A DNA stretch of 34,608 nt from Deltaproteobacteria bacterium. GTDB taxonomy: Bacteria > Desulfobacterota > Desulfuromonadia > Desulfuromonadales > JAAYDE01. A model generated the notes under the pieces. The model saw only the letters and a list, made by a program, of their open reading frames with translations, was not told the DNA's origin and searched no databases. Position numbers and translations under genes: made by a program. Positions 27,230 to 34,608 of this stretch are shown in pieces. Position 1 is the stretch's first letter, and each line of letters starts with the position of its first letter. The stretch is taken from the NCBI GenBank assembly GCA_017552515.1, contig JAFZPK010000163.1, forward strand, positions 1 to 34,608, given 5' to 3'.

Positions 27230-27520
27230 TTAATCTTTAACTTTGCAGCACTCCGGCGGTTCCAGACCATGAGCACGATAGGAGCACTTTTTGGCAAGGG
27301 ACTTGTCCGCGTATTTTTCCGCGCGATCGTACCACGTTGGGTTGTGCATATAACCGCCGCTGCTCCAGCCGTCGCCTTTCAGGGCGAAAGCGGTGGCAGA
27401 AATCAGCTTTTTTACCTCGCCGCCGCAAGATTCGCAGGTAGTGATTGGAGCATCACTGAATTTTTGTCTGACTTCAAAGTGTTTGTGGCACTGTGTGCAT
27501 TCATATTCATAAATCGGCAT
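27230..27520 (-). CDS. FmdB-family zinc-ribbon protein (copy 2, 96 aa, with Cys-containing tail)
   Basis: MPIYEYECTQC..CESC..KKLISATAFALKGDGW. True start is ATG 27520 with GGAGAGG RBS, not the 268-aa extension in the ORF track. Confidence 0.88.
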   Translation of the reverse strand: MPIYEYECTQCHKHFEVRQKFSDAPITTCESCGGEVKKLISATAFALKGDGWSSGGYMHNPTWYDRAEKYADKSLAKKCSYRAHGLEPPECCKVKD

Positions 27521-27554
27521 GGGTTCGACCTCTCCAGAAGAAATTCTGCTTATT

Positions 27555-27583
27555 AATGTAAGGTTCCCCCCTATGGTTGTCAA
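27555..27583 (-). promoter_or_regulatory. Sigma70 promoter of zinc-ribbon/folD genes
   Basis: Minus strand TTGACA-N17-TACATT. Confidence 0.65.
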
Positions 27584-27709
27584 GGCGCGAAATCTTGTTG
27601 CCGAAAGGATAAGATGGGCATGACAAGGCAATGTTGAAGGAAAAACGGATGAGCATTTATTGGAGGAGTGGAACTTGGAAAGCTTTGAAACCATGGTTAT
27701 TCTTTCTTT

Positions 27710-29134
27710 ATGAAAATGGAGCGTCTTTTTTTGCAATTTGTCCAGCGTGAGCGTTTGCTGGATGACAATGGGCGAATTCTGGTTGGATTGTCCGGAGGGC
27801 CGGATTCGGTGGCTTTGCTGCGTCTGCTGATGGCGGTAGCTTCCCATTGGCATCTGGAACTGCGGGCAGCGCATCTGCATCATGGCATTCGCGCGGCATC
27901 GGATGACGAGGCGGATTTCGTACGCGATCTGTGTGCGAGGTGGCAGATCCCCCTTACCGTTGGGCGGCTCAATGTGCCAGAGTTCGCCCGTCGAGAAAAG
28001 AAAGGGCTTGAGGAGTCCGCCCGTGAATTGCGCCACCAGTTTTTAGCGCAAACCGCACAGGAAACGGCAAGCGATCGAATTGCCCTGGGACATCACTTGG
28101 GAGATCAGGCGGAGACAGTGTTACACCGGTTGGTGCGTGGGGCAGGTCCCACCGGGCTTTCGGCCATGCGTTGCCGTCAGGGGAAGATAATTCGTCCTTT
28201 GCTGGTTTTTCCCCGCGCGCAAATTCTTGAATATCTTGAACAACGGCGAATTGGCTTTGTAAAAGATGCGAGTAATGAGGATTGCCGCTTTACCCGCAAT
28301 CGTTTGCGTCACCAGGTTGTTCCGTTGCTTCGGGAACTCAATCCGAGGATTGAAGAACAGTTGGGACGGATGGCTGCGCTCTTTGCCGAAGAAGAGGAAT
28401 ATTGGCGGGGGGTGACGGACAGGCTTGTTCCGCAGATCGGCCAACGACTTGAGGAAGGCTGGATTCTTGCTCTTGACCGGATCCGGGTTTTGGAACCTGC
28501 GGTGCGCAGGAGATTGTTGCGCCGGTTTCTGGAAGAGCTGCGGGCAACGCCCCTGGGACTTTCCTGGAAACAGTTCGAAATGCTGGAGCAGCTTCTTGTC
28601 TCTGAAAATCCCCATGCGCAGGCAAATCTTGGAGACTGCTGGGCGGGCCGTGACTATGGGCGGTTGTGGCTGCTGAAAAAGGCGCTGCCAGCGTTTGAAC
28701 CTTTTGCGCTGACTTTGACGGTTCCTGGCCGGGTGGCGATTGCAGGGGTAGGCGAGTTGGAAGCACAGGTGCGCCGCTATTCGGATAAACGCAATGACTG
28801 GATAGTGGAGTTCGATGCCGATGCGGCAGGGAATGTACTTGGGGTGCGTTCCTTTGAAGATGGAGACAGATTCCATCCTTTTGGAATGGGCGGCGAAAAG
28901 AAACTGAAAGATTTTTTCGTGGATGCCGGTATTTCATTTTGGCTTCGCCGGAAAATCCCATTGCTGACAGTTTGTGGAACCATTGTATGGGTTGCGGGTG
29001 TTCGGCGCGGCGCCCAGTTTCCGGTGCGCTCCGACAGCCAGAGGATTTTGCAGGTGACTTTTCGACCGTTTGAGGAGTTTTCATCCTTTTGGTATGGCGG
29101 AGCATGCCCCTTTGGAGAAAAGACGGAATTCTGA
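27710..29134 (+). CDS. tilS: tRNA(Ile)-lysidine synthase
   Basis: GLSGGPDS PP-loop, HLHHGIR, ALGHHLGDQAET, IIRPLL, RNRLRH, KKLKDFF. Confidence 0.96.
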   Translation: MKMERLFLQFVQRERLLDDNGRILVGLSGGPDSVALLRLLMAVASHWHLELRAAHLHHGIRAASDDEADFVRDLCARWQIPLTVGRLNVPEFARREKKGLEESARELRHQFLAQTAQETASDRIALGHHLGDQAETVLHRLVRGAGPTGLSAMRCRQGKIIRPLLVFPRAQILEYLEQRRIGFVKDASNEDCRFTRNRLRHQVVPLLRELNPRIEEQLGRMAALFAEEEEYWRGVTDRLVPQIGQRLEEGWILALDRIRVLEPAVRRRLLRRFLEELRATPLGLSWKQFEMLEQLLVSENPHAQANLGDCWAGRDYGRLWLLKKALPAFEPFALTLTVPGRVAIAGVGELEAQVRRYSDKRNDWIVEFDADAAGNVLGVRSFEDGDRFHPFGMGGEKKLKDFFVDAGISFWLRRKIPLLTVCGTIVWVAGVRRGAQFPVRSDSQRILQVTFRPFEEFSSFWYGGACPFGEKTEF

Positions 29135-29348
29135 AGTGTTTTTTGCCGTTCATCTTGTGATAAGTTTTGCATTTATGCTAGTTTTTTACTATTGCATTAC
29201 ATGAGTTTGGGGCGGTTGGAGCACATACTTTTTACACTTTACAAGTGTTTGTCGTGGATTGTTTTTGCTGACTGTAATCAGCACCCGGGAAAACGCAATC
29301 GTGAGACGGGTGCCAGTTTTATCCTGTTTTCTTTTTGAGGTGTACGAG

Positions 29349-31271
29349 GTGAATCAAGTCTACAAAAATCTGGCTTTGTGGCTGGTTATTTCTCTGGTTA
29401 TGATTTTGCTCTTTAACATGATGTCGCAAAAGACGCCGGAACCACAGCAGATAACCTATTCCAATTTTCTTGCGGCTCTGGAAAGCGGGCAGGTTCAGGA
29501 AGTGACCATTCAGGGCCCGGATATCCAGGGTAAACTTAAAGATAATACGGCATTTAAAACTTTTACCCCCAACGATCCCAACTTAATTCGGGATCTGCGT
29601 TCCCGAGGGGTGGCGATGGAGGCCAAACCCGAGGAAGATCGCAATTTTTGGCCCATGATGCTGGCCTCGTGTGGACCAATAGTGCTTCTTGTGATTTTCT
29701 GGATTTTTATCATGCGTCAGATGCAGGTGGGCGGCGGCAAGGCCATGAGTTTTGGCAAGAGTCGTGCCCGGCTCTCCGATGCGCAGCAGCAGGTGACCTT
29801 CAAGGACGTTGCCGGTGTTGACGAGGCCAAGGAGGAGTTGGAGGAGATTGTTTCCTTTTTGAAGGATCCCAAGAAATTTTCCCGACTGGGCGGGAAAATT
29901 CCCAAGGGGGTACTGCTGGTGGGCCCGCCGGGTACTGGCAAGACGCTTCTGGGACGGGCAGTCGCCGGTGAAGCTGGAGTGCCATTTTTCTCCATTTCCG
30001 GTTCCGATTTTGTAGAGATGTTTGTTGGCGTCGGCGCCAGCCGGGTGCGTGATCTGTTTGCCCAGGGGAAGAAACATGCGCCGTGCATTATTTTTATCGA
30101 CGAGATCGATGCGGTCGGGCGACATCGTGGCGCAGGATTGGGGGGTGGTCATGACGAACGTGAGCAGACTCTCAACCAGTTGTTGGTAGAGATGGACGGA
30201 TTCGAATCGAATGAGGGAGTCATTTTGATAGCTGCCACCAACCGGCCGGATGTGTTGGACCCGGCTCTGCTGCGGCCAGGGCGCTTTGATCGGCAGGTCA
30301 TTGTGCCGCGTCCTGATGTCCGGGGACGGGAGCTGATTCTCAAGGTGCATTCCAGCAAGATACCTTTGGCTGCAGATGTGGATTTGGAGACGCTTGCCAA
30401 GGGAACACCGGGACTTTCCGGGGCGGATCTGGCGAATTTGGTGAATGAGGCTGCATTGCTGGCTGCGCGTTCCAACAAGGACGCGGTGGACCGGGAAGAT
30501 TTTGAACAGGCCCGGGATAAGGTATTAATGGGCTCCGAACGGCGTTCGATGGTGATCACGGAAAAAGAGAAGCGGAGCACGGCAATTCATGAGGCCGGTC
30601 ATGCGCTGGTCGCCTTGCTGATTCCTGGAACGGATCCGGTACACAAGGTTTCTATTATCCCTCGGGGGCGGGCTTTGGGCGTGACCATGTATTTGCCGCA
30701 CGAAGACAAGCATAGCGAAGACAAGGAGAGTCTGGAAGCGCGGATCTGCATTCTGATGAGTGGCAAGGTGGCGGAAGAGATCGTCTTGGGCAGTATTACC
30801 AGCGGCGCGGCCAACGATATTGAACGGGCCACTTCCCTTGCCCGTCATATGGTGTGTGAATGGGGTATGAGTGAGCGACTGGGCCCCTTGTCCTTTAATG
30901 ACGAGTCTGGAGAGATCTTTTTGGGACGCGATCTGGGGCATACCAAGAATTACAGCGAGCAGACCGCCATGGCCATTGATGAGGAGATCCGGGCGATTGT
31001 AATCCGCAACTATAGCCGGGCCCAGCAGCTCATTCAAAGTCATCGGGACAAGCTGGATGCTGTTGCCGCGCTGCTTTTGGAACGCGAAACCGTGGAAGGA
31101 GACGAAATCCGTCGTTTGGTTTTTGGGGACGAGGCAGTTAAGAGCGAAGAAGAGGAAGAAAATTTCAAGGTCGATACGGCAACGGATGATGCTTCTTCCC
31201 CGTCAGAGGAGATCGTTTCCGATACTGAACCCTCTGCGCCGTCTTTGCCCCCCGAGACGCCCCTGTCATGA
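29349..31271 (+). CDS. ftsH: ATP-dependent zinc metalloprotease FtsH
   Basis: GTG start ([10 protein letters not shown]), 2 TMs, [38 protein letters not shown]. Confidence 0.97.
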   Translation: MNQVYKNLALWLVISLVMILLFNMMSQKTPEPQQITYSNFLAALESGQVQEVTIQGPDIQGKLKDNTAFKTFTPNDPNLIRDLRSRGVAMEAKPEEDRNFWPMMLASCGPIVLLVIFWIFIMRQMQVGGGKAMSFGKSRARLSDAQQQVTFKDVAGVDEAKEELEEIVSFLKDPKKFSRLGGKIPKGVLLVGPPGTGKTLLGRAVAGEAGVPFFSISGSDFVEMFVGVGASRVRDLFAQGKKHAPCIIFIDEIDAVGRHRGAGLGGGHDEREQTLNQLLVEMDGFESNEGVILIAATNRPDVLDPALLRPGRFDRQVIVPRPDVRGRELILKVHSSKIPLAADVDLETLAKGTPGLSGADLANLVNEAALLAARSNKDAVDREDFEQARDKVLMGSERRSMVITEKEKRSTAIHEAGHALVALLIPGTDPVHKVSIIPRGRALGVTMYLPHEDKHSEDKESLEARICILMSGKVAEEIVLGSITSGAANDIERATSLARHMVCEWGMSERLGPLSFNDESGEIFLGRDLGHTKNYSEQTAMAIDEEIRAIVIRNYSRAQQLIQSHRDKLDAVAALLLERETVEGDEIRRLVFGDEAVKSEEEEENFKVDTATDDASSPSEEIVSDTEPSAPSLPPETPLS

Positions 31272-32152
31272 CTCGTCCAGAGAATTTCTTCTTGGTGGGG
31301 AAGAACGCAAAGATCGATCTTGTGCGACCATGCGTCATGGGGATTCTCAATGTAACTCCCGATTCCTTTTACGATGGAGGGCGCTATGTGCGCCTGGAAC
31401 AGGCGCTGAGACAGGCAAGGAAAATGGTGGCGGAAGGCGCCGCCATCATTGATGTCGGTGGCGAAAGCAGTCGTCCCGGTGCGGAAGCAATTACAGCGGA
31501 AGAAGAACTCGAACGGGTTATCCCGGTTGTGGAGCATCTTCATGCGGAACTTTCCGTTCCCTTGTCGGTGGATACCTGGAAAAGCGGAGTGGCACGTGAG
31601 GCGCTGGCCGTTGGCGTGGATTTTGTTAACGACGTGGGAGGATTGTGGCGGGATCCAGCCATGGTGAAGGTGGTTGCCGAAGCGGGGGCAGGGCTGTTCA
31701 TTATGCATGCGCGAGGTACTCCTCGGGAAATGCAGCAACTTGCGGAGTATGGCGATGTTGTCGGGGAAGTGAGGGCCTTTCTGAAAAATAAGATGGATTT
31801 GGCCCTTGCCGCCGGCATTCCGCAGGAGCGGATAGCTCTTGATCCAGGTATCGGCTTTGCCAAAAATTCGGAGGACAATCTGGAGCTTCTTGGCCATCTC
31901 CGAGAGTTTCGGACTTTGCAGGCGCCTCTTCTGTTGGGGGTTTCCCGCAAAAGTTTTTTGGGCACGCTTCTGGGACGTCCTCGTCCGGAGGAGTTATTGT
32001 CTGGTACATTGGCGACGATTGCGCTGGGGGTGGCAGCCGGAGTAAAAATTTTTCGGGTGCATGATGTACAGGAGGTGCGAGATGCCGTTGAAACGGCGTG
32101 GGCTATTTGTCGTCATGGTTTTGCTCCCGAAAATGGAGGCGCGGAAGAATGA
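31268..32152 (+). CDS. folP: Dihydropteroate synthase
   Basis: [42 protein letters not shown]. Confidence 0.97.
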   Translation: MTRPENFFLVGKNAKIDLVRPCVMGILNVTPDSFYDGGRYVRLEQALRQARKMVAEGAAIIDVGGESSRPGAEAITAEEELERVIPVVEHLHAELSVPLSVDTWKSGVAREALAVGVDFVNDVGGLWRDPAMVKVVAEAGAGLFIMHARGTPREMQQLAEYGDVVGEVRAFLKNKMDLALAAGIPQERIALDPGIGFAKNSEDNLELLGHLREFRTLQAPLLLGVSRKSFLGTLLGRPRPEELLSGTLATIALGVAAGVKIFRVHDVQEVRDAVETAWAICRHGFAPENGGAEE

Positions 32153-32919
32153 ACGAATTTTGGGAGCTGTTCAAAAATTTTCGTTGGCTTGATGGCGTTG
32201 ATATTCTGTGTGTTGCATTTCTCGTCTATCGAGTGATCTTGCTGATCAAGGGAACGCGCGCCGTCCAGATGCTGGTGGGCTTGTTCATTATTGGCTTTGT
32301 CTATATTGGTTCGAGACTGCTTGGCCTCTTCACCCTTCAATGGATATTGGACGGTTTTCTTTCCTCGCTGGTGCTGGTGGTGGTTATCCTGTTTCAGAAC
32401 GATATCCGGCGGGCGCTCATCAACGTTGGGAAAAAACCCTTTTTCAGCGATTCATCCTCCCGGGAAGAAGGTGAAATTATCGACGAGCTGGTCCGAGCCT
32501 GCGTCACGTTGGCCAGCCGCAAGATCGGCGCGTTGATTGTGATCGAGCGGGAAACCGGTCTGCGCGATATACTGGAGATTGGTGTCGAAATTGATGCCAA
32601 GGTGGTGGCTGAGCTCATCATCTCCATATTTCTTCCCTATTCCCCGATCCACGATGGTGCCCTAATCCTTCAGCAGGGGAGATTGAAACGCGCCGGTTGC
32701 TTTCTGCCGCTTTCCCAGAATCCGGACATCAACAAGAGTCTTGGAACCCGGCATCGCGCCGCTATTGGTTTGACCGAATTGGTTGATGCTGTAGTGGTGG
32801 TGGTTTCGGAAGAAACTGGAAAGATTTCTGTGGTGGTGGGAGGCAAGATCACCCGTGATATGAACTCTTCCACTCTGCCTCGTATTCTCAAGCGTTTGCT
32901 GGAGCCTTCGAAGAAATGA
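32149..32919 (+). CDS. cdaA: Membrane-bound diadenylate cyclase (c-di-AMP synthase)
   Basis: 3 N-terminal TMs, GALIVIER, HDGA and GTRHRAA DAC motifs, VSEETG. Confidence 0.93.
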   Translation: MNEFWELFKNFRWLDGVDILCVAFLVYRVILLIKGTRAVQMLVGLFIIGFVYIGSRLLGLFTLQWILDGFLSSLVLVVVILFQNDIRRALINVGKKPFFSDSSSREEGEIIDELVRACVTLASRKIGALIVIERETGLRDILEIGVEIDAKVVAELIISIFLPYSPIHDGALILQQGRLKRAGCFLPLSQNPDINKSLGTRHRAAIGLTELVDAVVVVVSEETGKISVVVGGKITRDMNSSTLPRILKRLLEPSKK

Positions 32920-33617
32920 TGAAGATGATTTTTGAAAACTGGCCGGTCAAAATTCTCTCTTTGTTTATCGCGGTGGTTATATGGGTGTTTATCACCGGAG
33001 AGCAGGTCGCCGAAGTCGGTTTTTCGATTCCCTTGGAGTTGAAGAACATTCCTAAAGGCTTGATGGTGGTCAATTCGATTCCCGGCGTTATTGATGTGCG
33101 TTTGAGCGGCCCCCGCACCATTTTGTCCGGTATTCGTCCTGGAGAGTTGAATCTGACGCTGGATTTGCAGAATGCACGTCCGGGTATGACCAGTTTTGGA
33201 CGGCTGGAAAATCGCATCCATGTTTCCAGTGCGCTGAAAGTTTCCCGTGTTTCTCCGTCATCCCTGGATGTGCGGCTGGAAGAAGTGGAGGAGAAGCTGG
33301 TGCCTGTGCGGGTGATGATGAACGGTATTCCAGCGGAGTCCTACCGGTTGGCCGATGTGGAAGTCAATCCCAAAATGGTGATGGTGAGCGGCCCCCGCAA
33401 TGAACTTCGGAAAATCCACGAAGTTTCTACGGGGACAGTCGATATCGCGCATCTTGAGAAAAATCTCGCGGTAAAAGTGCCACTTAATTTTGATGGAGAT
33501 CATGTGTCTTTGGGCGATGTCCATGAAGTGCATGTGCGTATTTTTCTGGAAAAACTGAAACCGGAATTGCCATCGGAAGATGTTGCCCCGGAGACGGAAG
33601 AACCGGTTGTCCCCTAG
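32916..33617 (+). CDS. cdaR: YbbR-domain CdaA regulator
   Basis: NWPVKILSL..IWVF anchor, two V-x-V-x-GP YbbR-like repeats; between cdaA and glmM. Confidence 0.88.
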   Translation: MMKMIFENWPVKILSLFIAVVIWVFITGEQVAEVGFSIPLELKNIPKGLMVVNSIPGVIDVRLSGPRTILSGIRPGELNLTLDLQNARPGMTSFGRLENRIHVSSALKVSRVSPSSLDVRLEEVEEKLVPVRVMMNGIPAESYRLADVEVNPKMVMVSGPRNELRKIHEVSTGTVDIAHLEKNLAVKVPLNFDGDHVSLGDVHEVHVRIFLEKLKPELPSEDVAPETEEPVVP

Positions 33618-33683
33618 CCTGAAAAGATTGAGCATGTGGGAGGACAAGAGGAAACGGGTAGATCCAAAAAGGAGAAGAAGAAT

Positions 33684-34608
33684 ATGGCGGGAAGAATGTT
33701 TGGAACCGATGGTGTGAGGGGTATTGCCAATATTGGCTTTTTGAGCGTCGAGAATGTGCTGCGTTTGGGGAGGGCAGCAGCCTATGTCTTTAGGAACGGC
33801 AATCGGCGCAGCCGTGTTGTCATTGGCAAGGATACCCGAATTTCCGGCTATATGCTCGAAAATGCCTTGGTGGCTGGCATCTGCTCGATGGGCTGCGATG
33901 TTTTGCTGGCGGGCTCCCTGCCAACACCGGGAATAGCTTTTATTACCACGTCAATGAAGGCGGATGCCGGGGTGGTTATCTCGGCTTCTCACAATTCTTT
34001 TGAGGATAATGGCATCAAATTCTTTGACCCCCGAGGTTTTAAATTGCCGGACGAGGTAGAAAACCAGATCGAGGATCTGGTGGTTTCCGCCAAAATTGAT
34101 TCGCTGCGTTCTACTGCGGAGAATGTAGGCAAAGTTTTTCGGATTGATGACGCTCAGGGACGCTACATTGTTTTTGCCAAAAGCGCTTTTCCCCGCGATC
34201 TGGATCTCAATGGACTGAAAATTGTGGTGGATTGCGCCAACGGAGCGGCCTATCGGGTAGCGCCTGCGGTTTTTTCCGAATTGGGTGCGGAGGTGATAAC
34301 AATCGGCGCAAACCCGGATGGCGTCAACATTAATGCCGGAGTGGGGTCACTACATCCTGAAGCATTGGCAGCTGCGGTGGTGGAAAAACACGCCGATCTG
34401 GGGCTGGCTCTGGATGGCGATGCGGATAGGGTGATCTTTGTCGACGAGTTTGGCGAGGTGGTGAATGGCGACAAACTTATGGCCATCTGCGGTCGTCGCA
34501 TGCTTCGTGAACGGCGTCTGGTGAAGGATACCGTGGTGGCTACGGTCATGAGTAACATGGGGCTGGAACTGGCGCTTCGAGAGTTGGGCGGCAAACTGGT
34601 GCGTTCCG
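33684..34608 (+). CDS. glmM: Phosphoglucosamine mutase (3' truncated by window edge)
   Basis: Hand translation from ATG 33684: [48 protein letters not shown]. No stop before the window end. Confidence 0.95.
   Translation, partial: MAGRMFGTDGVRGIANIGFLSVENVLRLGRAAAYVFRNGNRRSRVVIGKDTRISGYMLENALVAGICSMGCDVLLAGSLPTPGIAFITTSMKADAGVVISASHNSFEDNGIKFFDPRGFKLPDEVENQIEDLVVSAKIDSLRSTAENVGKVFRIDDAQGRYIVFAKSAFPRDLDLNGLKIVVDCANGAAYRVAPAVFSELGAEVITIGANPDGVNINAGVGSLHPEALAAAVVEKHADLGLALDGDADRVIFVDEFGEVVNGDKLMAICGRRMLRERRLVKDTVVATVMSNMGLELALRELGGKLVRS

Noticed and set aside
27521-28036. N-terminal extension of the 268-aa ORF
   Set aside because: Overlaps tilS antisense and the promoter; family similarity and the RBS start at 27520.

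Overview
Mostly core chromosome of an anaerobic diderm bacterium. Gene content and order (class I hcp, PASTA-bearing FtsI, radical SAM gene after ftsZ, tilS-ftsH-folP-cdaA-cdaR-glmM) suggest a Desulfuromonadales/Geobacter-like organism; this is an inference. Left end (1-5.2 kb) is accessory-like: 3' part of glf, hcp, an M15 peptidase with a small secreted partner gene, and a Gate-domain membrane protein. 5.5-22.5 kb is the division/cell-wall (dcw) cluster mraZ-rsmH-ftsL-ftsI-murE-murF-mraY-ftsW-murG-murC-murB-ddl-ftsQ-ftsA-ftsZ, which lacks murD. Then come a radical SAM gene, an Ala/Lys/Asp-repeat lipoprotein, a divergent beta-hydroxyacid dehydrogenase, folD with two tandem FmdB-type zinc-ribbon genes, and tilS-ftsH-folP-cdaA-cdaR-glmM (partial). 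No rRNA, tRNA, CRISPR, transposase or integrase was recognised. I cannot demonstrate a new system from sequence alone. The best leads are the missing murD, the peptidase/secreted-partner pair, the MraZ-box arrangement, the tandem zinc-ribbon genes, a mini-ORF coupled to mraY, and duplicated motifs in FtsZ and FtsQ.
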